A stretch of DNA of 25,199 bases from a virus: the UHGV virus genome UHGV-0245202; one strand, given 5' to 3'. The translations under genes and the position numbers were made by a program. How positions within the stretch are numbered: the first letter of the stretch is position 1; the number at the start of each line of letters is the position of its first letter. The notes under the pieces are model-generated. The model was not told the origin of the DNA. It worked only from the letters and a program-made list of their open reading frames with translations, and did no database searches. Of this stretch, positions 18,169 to 25,199 are shown piece after piece.

Positions 18169-19079
18169 TATCGAATTCCTTTATTCAGTTGCGCCTTGAG
18201 CTTGCGGTATGTCTCTACATCCCCTTTGTTTGCTGCCGCTTCCATCTGCTTTTCAATCGCAGAGATATTTGCAGCAACAGCGTGTCCCTGAATGGGTTCA
18301 TCAGGTAACGGGGCTTCTGAAACAGGCTTGGCTCGAGGCTTGAGAGTTAAACGTTCTGACAGTCGAGTGAGTTCAATCAGCGCGGATTGCCCGTCCATCG
18401 CCAGCAACTGGCGTGTTTTCTCAGGATTAGCACCAAGGTGATACATGAGAGCAGCGGATTTCTCCGGGAAGAGGCGCATGATGTCGGCACCGACTGCTGG
18501 CGGCACCAGTTGCATGAATGCATCCTCTTTCTCCTGATAGTCAGGGATATTGAGCTTTTCCGCTGCGTCGTAGTGCTTACGGGCTGCCTCGACGTATTGC
18601 GCTGATTGCTGGGTGAACTCCTGAGTTTTGCGACCCTGCTCGGCGACAGCCTGGCTTCGTGCGTCCATAGCCTTGATCTGCCATTCACTGTTTGCCTGCT
18701 GGAAGGCAGCCAGTGCGCGGCTCTGGTCATAGTCGTACTTAGCCAGTGCATCTTCGGAAAGATAATCGTTAGGGTCTGGTTGTTTTGGTAACTCAGGGTT
18801 CACCCGCAGGTGCTCCGGCAACTCTCCACGCTTAACTGCTTCCATCTGCTGCTCAAGCTCACGCTGGCGTTTGCGTTCGATGCGGCGACGGGCAAATTCA
18901 GCATTAGTTGCCGGGTCTTGTTTTGGTTTCTCATCGTCTTTCAGGACAATCTCGAAGCCTTCTTCCTGACCTGCGTTGTCGTTGGCATTATCGACAACTA
19001 AGCCATCAGCAGATGCCGCTGCATGATTGCCGGGCAGGGTTAATTCTTCAGAAGCCTGAATGTCGGTGGTTTGGTCCAT
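18168..19079 (-). CDS. Scaffolding protein, gp8
   Basis: 303 aa, the same length as P22 gp8; strong match from memory (…[28 protein letters not shown]...[26 protein letters not shown] ... [16 protein letters not shown] ... [12 protein letters not shown]); start preceded by GAGAGAG. Confidence 0.95.
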   Translation of the reverse strand: MDQTTDIQASEELTLPGNHAAASADGLVVDNANDNAGQEEGFEIVLKDDEKPKQDPATNAEFARRRIERKRQRELEQQMEAVKRGELPEHLRVNPELPKQPDPNDYLSEDALAKYDYDQSRALAAFQQANSEWQIKAMDARSQAVAEQGRKTQEFTQQSAQYVEAARKHYDAAEKLNIPDYQEKEDAFMQLVPPAVGADIMRLFPEKSAALMYHLGANPEKTRQLLAMDGQSALIELTRLSERLTLKPRAKPVSEAPLPDEPIQGHAVAANISAIEKQMEAAANKGDVETYRKLKAQLNKGIR

Positions 19080-19092
19080 GATTAACTCTCTC

Positions 19093-21258
19093 TTATTGAG
19101 GTGTCTCGGCTACTCCGCCGGAGGGGATTTGAACTTGACGCATAAGATTCGCGAAATCCATGCGTTGTGAATGAGTCTGGTCTGCATCTTTAAGAAGCAG
19201 CTCAGCGTTAGCACGAGCATCTTTGCTGCGCTGTTGCTGGAATTGACCTACGAGCTTGAGGTACTCACGCAGTTCTGCCTGCTTGTCGAGGTCCATATTG
19301 TTGAAGATTTCTGCAATCTTCGCGGCGTTGAGTTGGTTTTGGGCTTCAACCTTGGCAGCTTCAACCTGAATCTGCGCCTGTTGGTTCTCTGCCTTGAGCA
19401 ATTCAGCCTGACCTTGCAGAAGGATGCCCTGCGCCTGAATTTGCTCTGCTGATGGCTGCTGCGGCTGCTGTTGAGCCTGCTGTACCATCTCCATCTCTTC
19501 AGGTGTTTCTGGTTTCTTCAGCCCCATCATCACCAGTTGCTTGTTCGCGTACTCTCGCATCATCTCGACGCCTTTACCGTCAAGCAGCGTGAAGTATTGC
19601 AGCATCAGCATCTGGAACTCTGGAGTACCTTGCGGAACCTTGGTGAGCAACTCCTGAATCTCTGCGCGGTTCTGTTCCTTCATACTCTGGAAGGATGGTC
19701 CAACGTCTGTATAGCACTCATAGCGACCGCGAATGTCGTTGAGTGTGACCACATTGCCGGACTGGTAATCGACAACTTGCGCGTAGAGTTGAACGTCTTT
19801 CTCGCTACCATCTTCAAGTGTCAGCGTTACATGGCGAGGAACGTCATAAATATCGTTGACCATTGAGGCATAAATCTCGCCATCACGTCGCATTGCGGTA
19901 GCCAGGTTATCCTGAAACACGTATGTCTCAAGGTCTGCCCGCATGTTCAGTTGATTGACGGTATCGAAAGCGACCTGAGAGTTTGCTGCCTGCGCATCCA
20001 CACCAAGACTAGCCACCTCTTTCACTGCGTTGGTGGCAGCCTCAAGCATGTAAGCGTTGGCTTGCGGCACTTCAGGGTTTTCCATGTAGGAGATTGGACC
20101 AATCGGCAGGTCGTTACCGTTTTCATCGGTCCTGTTCTGCAGATAGTACGGATAGTCATCATTTCCACCGTACATGTATTCGTAGCCTTCGATTTGCTCA
20201 GGGAAGAAGGTCGGTTTCTTCTTCGGTGAACGAGCAACAATATCGGCGTTGAATGACATGATCATGTTACGAAGGCGTTGACCGTCTTTCGTCAGCCTTA
20301 CCACTCCTTCGTAGCACTCCTTGTCACCAGCGAATGACCATTCGCCATACACTGGAACGATTGGAATATGCTCTCCGGCTATCTTCTCGCGGTCTTTCAG
20401 TATCTGCGTGCAGGTGATGATCGACTTATACACACGCCGACGCTTCACCTTGCGCTCTGCTACCTTAATGAATCCACGATTAGCCAGGTCGTCGATGACG
20501 TCTTTGATATCTTGCTGGTAATAGCTGACCGGCTCACCTGTCAGCGGGTCGCGGTAGATGAAGACCTTCTCTTTCTTCTCTTCGACCTCGTAATACTCAG
20601 CGACGTAGACGACATCATTCGATACCCACGGAAACAGCCATGTATCGTTCGGATTCTGGAAAGATGGCAGCGTGTCAGGATCAATACCGTAATCCTCTAC
20701 GAACTCTTTCCAGCCATTGCGTGACAAAGCGTTAATCACCGTGCAGTGCTTAGCGTCGCTCTTATCCATCTGCTTGCTGTTGGCGTCCCATATGACGTGT
20801 GAGCAGGCTTCATGGATTGGCAGGCGTCGGATTACCTGATTGTTGCTTGTTGGGTCGTTGTCTTCGTACTGCGTGACCAGACGCCATGCACCAACGCCAG
20901 ACTCTATCTGCTCACGAACGCCAACGTTAACGGCAATCTTTGCCGTGTTATGGCGCATATCAGTACGGTACATCCCCATCAGCACATCGGCAGCATCAGG
21001 ATTAGCGCCGTCTTTTGGTCTGAAGAGAACGTCGATAGGGTTCCGGCGCATCTCTGCGACCAGCTTCCTGACCACCGGGCGAACAACATCGAATTGTCCG
21101 CGATATTGCAGGGTGGTGTAGTTTGATAGCCAGTCATCCCATTGCGACACTCGGCTAAAATACAGGTCATTTGTCGCCTCGGTTCTGGCTTCATCGCTCG
21201 CCATCCAGTCTGCGTCAAACTTACACAGAATGGAATTGAGTCTGTTTTCGTCGGCCAT
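19093..21258 (-). CDS. Portal protein, gp1
   Basis: 721 aa; strong full-length match to the P22 portal from memory (…[73 protein letters not shown] ... ending ...VAETPQ); ATG directly abuts the terminase stop (TAA-ATG at 21256-21261). Confidence 0.96.
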   Translation of the reverse strand: MADENRLNSILCKFDADWMASDEARTEATNDLYFSRVSQWDDWLSNYTTLQYRGQFDVVRPVVRKLVAEMRRNPIDVLFRPKDGANPDAADVLMGMYRTDMRHNTAKIAVNVGVREQIESGVGAWRLVTQYEDNDPTSNNQVIRRLPIHEACSHVIWDANSKQMDKSDAKHCTVINALSRNGWKEFVEDYGIDPDTLPSFQNPNDTWLFPWVSNDVVYVAEYYEVEEKKEKVFIYRDPLTGEPVSYYQQDIKDVIDDLANRGFIKVAERKVKRRRVYKSIITCTQILKDREKIAGEHIPIVPVYGEWSFAGDKECYEGVVRLTKDGQRLRNMIMSFNADIVARSPKKKPTFFPEQIEGYEYMYGGNDDYPYYLQNRTDENGNDLPIGPISYMENPEVPQANAYMLEAATNAVKEVASLGVDAQAANSQVAFDTVNQLNMRADLETYVFQDNLATAMRRDGEIYASMVNDIYDVPRHVTLTLEDGSEKDVQLYAQVVDYQSGNVVTLNDIRGRYECYTDVGPSFQSMKEQNRAEIQELLTKVPQGTPEFQMLMLQYFTLLDGKGVEMMREYANKQLVMMGLKKPETPEEMEMVQQAQQQPQQPSAEQIQAQGILLQGQAELLKAENQQAQIQVEAAKVEAQNQLNAAKIAEIFNNMDLDKQAELREYLKLVGQFQQQRSKDARANAELLLKDADQTHSQRMDFANLMRQVQIPSGGVAETPQ

Positions 21259-22758
21259 TTAAGTTCTCCGTGCGATGGGCCTGATTGGGGCTGGTATCTT
21301 TTTCTCTTTTGGTTTTTTGATGTCGCGCATCATTTTGGCGAAGCGGCGCATCATGTATGCATAGCGAACGGCTGATAGCACGTCGTCGTTAAGCTTGACG
21401 ATTTTCCCGTTTTCATCACGGTGATAGAGGCGGAACTCCTCAAAGAATGGTTCACAGGTGTTGAATACCTTGAAGCGACCATCTAGCATCATGTCGCGCA
21501 ATTCAGTGATTCCAGGCTCAACAGCATTACCGCCATCAGGCCATGTCGCATGCTCCTGCAACATCATAAATCCAGCGTCCGCATACTGCCCTTTGAGCTG
21601 CTCACCGCCGCCCTTCTCGTGCTGGTTTCCGTCATGGGGCCATGCGGTTGGCACTTTATGCGCCCATGGTTTAACGGCTCCCCACGCCTGAACGGCTGTC
21701 TTTTCTTTCGCCTTCCACACGCGTGAAACGTAGATTGTGTCTGCATCCTTATCCCACCAAAGCTGAACCTGCGCCTGCGGGTGATCCCATCCGAAATCCA
21801 TCCCGCCAATTACGTAGAAGTGATCAGGACACTCGAACGGCTGACACTTAATCGTCTCTTCCGGTATCTGGAAGATTCGCCCGCTACCCATCGTAGGAAT
21901 ACCGCGAGCACGCGCCTCTCTCTCATGCTCGGGATAGGATGCGATGATTTGCTCTTTCTGTTCGTCTGTGTAGTGCTCAGCGTCATAGATGGTCATGTTG
22001 ACCACTTTCTGCGACTTGCTGGGATTCTTCAGGAACTTGGTAACAACGTCAGACATCCCCATCAGCGGGGTAAATGTCAGAATTGAGAATTGCCCGTATT
22101 TGTTGGTACGGGTAAGCCCTTCGCCATAAATGCTGTATGGTGGCTCTTCGTCAAACCACACGCCGTGGATTGTGTCACCCTGCCAGCGAGCACGGCCTTG
22201 CGAGTATGGTTTGAAGTAGCAGATTGAAATGCCATCTTCAACGCCATCAGCCGTGTGATGCTTAACCAGAAGATGATCAACAAGGTTCGGAAAGAAAGGA
22301 GACTTCTTCCAGCTAATGATGTCCTCTTTCGGTATTGAACCGTAGCCCGGCTCATCATTCTCTTCAATACGACCGCACAGGATGCGTTGAGTCGTTTTGG
22401 TTACCGTCTCGTTTGTCTCGCCGCCAATCCAGAAGACAACAGGCTCATAGAAACGCTTACCTTTCCACTCACCGCCATATTTACCATCAGCAGGATAGCC
22501 TTTTGTGCCCGGATAACGCCCTGTAAGGTGAAACGCGACTTCAGCAGCACCAGTAAATGACTTACCAAGCTGGTTACCAGCCATAAAACAGCGCTCTGGA
22601 TAGTCATGCCCGGCGTCGATGAACTCACGCTGTTTGCTGTATGGCGTAAATTCATATAGCAGGTGTGTGTTCCTGTAGTTCTCTTCTTCTTCGAGTAGCT
22701 CGAGCAATTCGATTTGCTCTTCGTCGCTCAGGTTATCAAGAATCGCGTCCAGTTCCAC
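21259..22758 (-). CDS. Terminase large subunit, gp2
   Basis: 499 aa, the same length as P22 gp2; N-terminal ATPase region and C-terminal nuclease region characteristic of terminase large subunits; lies between the small terminase and portal genes; 23-nt overlap with the terS 3' end. Confidence 0.9.
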   Translation of the reverse strand: MELDAILDNLSDEEQIELLELLEEEENYRNTHLLYEFTPYSKQREFIDAGHDYPERCFMAGNQLGKSFTGAAEVAFHLTGRYPGTKGYPADGKYGGEWKGKRFYEPVVFWIGGETNETVTKTTQRILCGRIEENDEPGYGSIPKEDIISWKKSPFFPNLVDHLLVKHHTADGVEDGISICYFKPYSQGRARWQGDTIHGVWFDEEPPYSIYGEGLTRTNKYGQFSILTFTPLMGMSDVVTKFLKNPSKSQKVVNMTIYDAEHYTDEQKEQIIASYPEHEREARARGIPTMGSGRIFQIPEETIKCQPFECPDHFYVIGGMDFGWDHPQAQVQLWWDKDADTIYVSRVWKAKEKTAVQAWGAVKPWAHKVPTAWPHDGNQHEKGGGEQLKGQYADAGFMMLQEHATWPDGGNAVEPGITELRDMMLDGRFKVFNTCEPFFEEFRLYHRDENGKIVKLNDDVLSAVRYAYMMRRFAKMMRDIKKPKEKKIPAPIRPIARRT

Positions 22759-23224
22759 GGTTGAATAGCTCCTTGATACGAGAGCGTCGCTTATCGCGAT
22801 CTCCCTTATCAGGTGTCACGTCTTCAACTTGCGACTGCTCTTTGAGGCCCAAATCACGGGCGATGATGTTAGCGTTGAGAAGGTCAGCGGCTGCGCCAGA
22901 GAATTTCTGGTCGTAGATGATGTCTTCCGCTCGTGATGTGACGTCAGAAAAACCTTCCATTGACCGGAAGGTTCCCCATGTTTGCCTGGTGATATCAAGG
23001 AAGGTGCACAATCCTGAAATAGTCATGGCTCGCATCTTAGGGACATTAGCCTTAATTATTTCTCCCTGATATGAAAATACCTTACCCTCCCATAGCGGGT
23101 TATCATCAGCCCACTCGAAGTATTCACAACAAGCAGCCCACAGCGCCTCAGGCGATTCGAATTTAGGATTTCGCCCATGACTACTGCGGGCCTCCCAAAA
23201 TCGGTTGCCCTTTGGTGCTGCCAT
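22736..23224 (-). CDS. Terminase small subunit, gp3
   Basis: 162 aa, the same length as P22 gp3; N-terminus [38 protein letters not shown] recognised as P22-type small terminase; RBS AAGGGA upstream of the ATG at 23222-23224. Confidence 0.85.
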   Translation of the reverse strand: MAAPKGNRFWEARSSHGRNPKFESPEALWAACCEYFEWADDNPLWEGKVFSYQGEIIKANVPKMRAMTISGLCTFLDITRQTWGTFRSMEGFSDVTSRAEDIIYDQKFSGAAADLLNANIIARDLGLKEQSQVEDVTPDKGDRDKRRSRIKELFNRGTGRDS

Positions 23225-23303
23225 ATTGATTATTTCCCTTCTGCTTGCTTATCCCATTCATCGCGGAATTTGGATGGGTTGTCGAAACCTTGAGTTGCCA
23301 TGT

Positions 23304-23546
23304 TTATGCTCCGGTGGTGAACAGGTCTAACGCTTCCTTCGATTTACGCACCGCTTCGATAGTGCGGGTCGTGATATCTGAATTAGCGCCGCCTGACTGG
23401 AAGTGAATTTTGAATAGCTCAAGCTTCAACTCGTCAGTGCCAATGAACTGAAATGCTTCTTCTGCGGCTGCGTTCTGGTTCATGACCAGTTTGTAAATCT
23501 CTAACTGGAATTTCTGTTCTTCAGTCATGGGAATAATCTCTGCCAT
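23304..23546 (-). CDS. Small hypothetical protein upstream of terS
   Basis: About 80 aa from the ATG at 23544-23546 (GGAG 6 nt upstream): MAEIIPMTEEQKFQLEIYKLVMNQ... The ORF track start at 23681 would translate through a terminator hairpin and is rejected. Function unknown. Confidence 0.4.
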   Translation of the reverse strand: MAEIIPMTEEQKFQLEIYKLVMNQNAAAEEAFQFIGTDELKLELFKIHFQSGGANSDITTRTIEAVRKSKEALDLFTTGA

Positions 23547-23647
23547 TGTTGGCTCCATTTTGCCGTTAAAAGGGATATCAGTTAAGTTATCCCGTGCAGG
23601 GTATAAGCCATTATCAAAGCCACTCTGTAGGGAATGGCTTTTGTGAT

Positions 23648-23678
23648 GGCAATAAAAAAGGCCGCCTGAGCGACCTTT
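23648..23678 (-). terminator. Rho-independent terminator within the late operon, downstream of the DUF551 gene
   Basis: On the minus-strand RNA: 9-bp stem AAAGGUCGC / GCGGCCUUU (one G-U pair), loop UCAG, then a run of six or more U (UUUUUUAUU). Lies 16 nt after the DUF551 stop; the complementary strand is also followed by a T-rich tract. Confidence 0.55.
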
Positions 23679-23693
23679 CATTTTTCATCCGTT

Positions 23694-23909
23694 TTAATCA
23701 TCTGGGTAATTAAGCGGCATCCAGTGTGTAACCTTGCTTGCTCCTGAATCGATGAATGCCTTGGTTCTCTGCCAGTAAGAGCCCATACATGATAGTTTGA
23801 ACACGTCACCAGTATCAGTAAGAGCTATAACCTCTTTAGACCACATCCCTTCTTTGCTTTCTGGTAGCCGGTGTTCAACATTGATCCATTGGTTTCCGTT
23901 ATCATCCAT
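23694..23909 (-). CDS. DUF551-family phage protein
   Basis: 71 aa from the ATG at 23907-23909 (GAGG upstream; the track's first codon is a GTG one codon earlier). Motifs W-I-x-V-x-x-R-L-P-E near the N-terminus and V-T-H-W-M-P-L near the C-terminus are characteristic of DUF551 proteins common in lambdoid phage late and nin regions. Confidence 0.7.
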   Translation of the reverse strand: MDDNGNQWINVEHRLPESKEGMWSKEVIALTDTGDVFKLSCMGSYWQRTKAFIDSGASKVTHWMPLNYPDD

Positions 23910-24348
23910 CACAACCTCGTCTAGTTGTTCGTCATAGATTCAGTGGCTGGCGGTGACGATTCCGCTTTTCGGGAGCTACCCTAGCCACTGTTTTATTCTA
24001 TCCGATGTCTTTCCATCGGTCCGCCACCACAAAGAATCTTTTTTGCCATAAGGCAGGAGGTTCATCTTTCAGTGGCTGCCAGTGTTATTTCCCCACTTAC
24101 TGGCTTGGGTTGTTTCGCTGTACTGCCGTAACTGGTTGCCCAGAATAAATTCCGGTTTCATTATCAAGCCCACCCGTAGATAGGCTTTGTAATGAACTGG
24201 CTCTTATCTCAACGCAGCCCCTTACCGCGCGCCAGATGCTCAATATCAAGAATCAGCAATGAGATGTTTAATCTGGATTCACTCCAGAAGTGATCACCAC
24301 CCTGTCTACAGAGCCAGATGTGAAGGATGATGAGTAAAATTATCGCTA

Positions 24349-24786
24349 TCATCGAAGGCATTGCGTCCTGATGTATTCCTGCAGGTAGTTAACCTGCGCG
24401 GTTATCTTGTCGATTCCACTTCGGAGACGGTAATAATTGAGTTCAGCATCTGCTGTAAGTCTTGGGCTTTCTCCATCGCCCATGCCGCTGGCTCCGGTCG
24501 TTGACTTTGCACAGGTGGCGGCGACTTGCAGGCGCTTACGACCAGCAGAAACATCAGCACGGAGGCTTTCGATAGTCGCGTTAGCATCAGCAAGCTCCTT
24601 TGTGTATCTGGCGTCAAGTTCTGCTACATCACGTTGACGCTTCTGCATGTCAGCGATTGTAGATGTGGCTTTATCGCGCTGCTCTTTGTAGGTAATGGCG
24701 TTATCACGGTAATGATTAACAGCCCATGACAGGCAGACGATGATGCAGATAACCAGAGCGGAGATAATCGCGGTTACTCTGCTCAT
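24349..24786 (-). CDS. Rz i-spanin (inner-membrane spanin subunit)
   Basis: 145 aa from the ATG at 24784-24786 (ATGA overlap with the lysozyme stop); N-terminus [34 protein letters not shown] matches lambda Rz closely from memory; single N-terminal TM helix, coiled-coil periplasmic domain, C-terminal Cys. Confidence 0.88.
   Translation of the reverse strand: MSRVTAIISALVICIIVCLSWAVNHYRDNAITYKEQRDKATSTIADMQKRQRDVAELDARYTKELADANATIESLRADVSAGRKRLQVAATCAKSTTGASGMGDGESPRLTADAELNYYRLRSGIDKITAQVNYLQEYIRTQCLR
24402..24587 (-). CDS. Rz1 o-spanin (outer-membrane lipoprotein), embedded in the +1 frame of Rz
   Basis: 61 aa from the ATG at 24585-24587, with a strong SD AAGGAG 7 nt upstream; lipoprotein signal [20 protein letters not shown] (lipobox VSAC) followed by a Pro-rich mature region ([16 protein letters not shown]), as in lambda Rz1; wholly contained within the Rz reading frame region. 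Confidence 0.78.
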   Translation of the reverse strand: MLTRLSKASVLMFLLVVSACKSPPPVQSQRPEPAAWAMEKAQDLQQMLNSIITVSEVESTR

Positions 24787-25199
24787 TGCTGCCCCCACAA
24801 ACAGACTTCACGCTCAATCTCACGACGGGTCATCAGCCCTTTCCATTGCTTACCGCCAGCGTATGTCCAGCGACGTAGCTGGTCACATGCGCCTTTGATA
24901 TCACCCTGGTTTATTTTGCGAAGAAGCGTAGATGTTCTGAAATTGCCAGCACCCACGTTGTAGACGAACGAGTAAAGAGCGCCGCGCGTTGTTTCCGGTA
25001 TATCGACTTTGATGTACGGGTTAATTTGTCTGGCGACCGTGGCAAGGTCTTTATTCAGGAGGGCTTTGCATTCTGCTTCGGTATACGTTTTACCGAGCAT
25101 GATGTCTTTTCCGGTGTGTCCGTGACATACAGTCCATACACCAACAATATCTTTGTATGGTATGTAGCTGACACCTTCCAGACCATCGTTACCACTTGG
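24783..25199 (-). CDS. Phage lysozyme (endolysin), RrrD/P21-type; 5' end lies beyond the window
   Basis: The reading frame is open from the window edge to the stop at 24783; the visible 138 aa ([53 protein letters not shown]...) match the E. coli prophage lysozyme RrrD from memory. The N-terminal portion, probably a SAR signal-anchor, is outside the window. Confidence 0.85.
   Translation of the reverse strand, partial: PSGNDGLEGVSYIPYKDIVGVWTVCHGHTGKDIMLGKTYTEAECKALLNKDLATVARQINPYIKVDIPETTRGALYSFVYNVGAGNFRTSTLLRKINQGDIKGACDQLRRWTYAGGKQWKGLMTRREIEREVCLWGQQ

Larger units (their letters stand above)
2373..25199. mobile_element. P22-like (Lederbergvirus-type) prophage, attL side; continues beyond the window end
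   Basis: Begins directly 3' of argW with an integrase gene; contains gtrABC, P22-type tailspike head-binding domain, Mnt, ejection proteins, tail needle, gp10, gp4, coat, scaffold, portal, terminase and a lysis cassette in P22 gene order on the minus strand. Left boundary is approximate (the att core probably overlaps the tRNA 3' end); the right boundary is not in the window. Confidence 0.9.

Noticed and set aside
19171-21126. Multiple plus-strand ORFs of 77-131 aa (e.g. 19471..19866, 20368..20724, 20812..21126) antisense to the portal gene, and similar ones antisense to coat (17751..18122), gp16 (11129..11482) and the ejection genes
   Set aside because: They lie entirely inside well-supported minus-strand genes with strong homology, have no recognisable RBS or family features, and are the usual shadow ORFs on the antisense strand of GC-balanced coding sequence.
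1-25199. CRISPR arrays, IS elements or transposase genes, additional tRNA genes in the prophage
   Set aside because: No regularly spaced direct repeats, no transposase-like ORFs or terminal inverted repeats bounding an ORF, and no T-loop (GTTCGAATC-type) motifs outside argW were found by eye on either strand.

Overview
This window is the junction between an Enterobacteriaceae (E. coli-like) chromosome and the int-proximal end of a P22-like (Lederbergvirus-type) prophage inserted at the tRNA-Arg(CCU) gene argW. Host genes occupy 1..2372: mlaA/vacJ (minus strand), yfdC (plus strand) and argW. The prophage runs from about 2373 to the window edge: an IntS-type tyrosine integrase, a gtrA-gtrB-gtr(type) O-antigen glucosylation operon, then on the minus strand a complete P22-type late module (lysozyme cut by the window edge, Rz with embedded Rz1, DUF551 protein, small ORF, small and large terminase, portal, scaffold, coat, gp4, gp10, gp26 tail needle, gp14-position protein, three ejection proteins, tailspike). 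A lone Mnt-like ribbon-helix-helix repressor gene sits on the plus strand between the last ejection gene and the tailspike. All protein identifications come from reading the supplied translations against remembered family sequences (P22 gp1/gp2/gp3/gp5/gp8/gp4/gp26/gp9/Mnt, lambda Rz/Rz1, E. coli IntS/YfdG/YfdH/RrrD); no database search was run and no percent identities are claimed. The points most worth follow-up are a chimeric tailspike and gtr type gene that are both visibly AT-rich, a reduced immI region (mnt only) with a perfect 23-bp palindrome in front of the tailspike, an unannotated 25-codon hydrophobic ORF behind mnt, a lytic-transglycosylase domain on the gp16-position ejection protein, and a 436-bp repeat-bearing non-coding gap in the late operon. 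I found no new multi-gene defence-like system: every ORF of 60 aa or more is accounted for by host or known phage functions.
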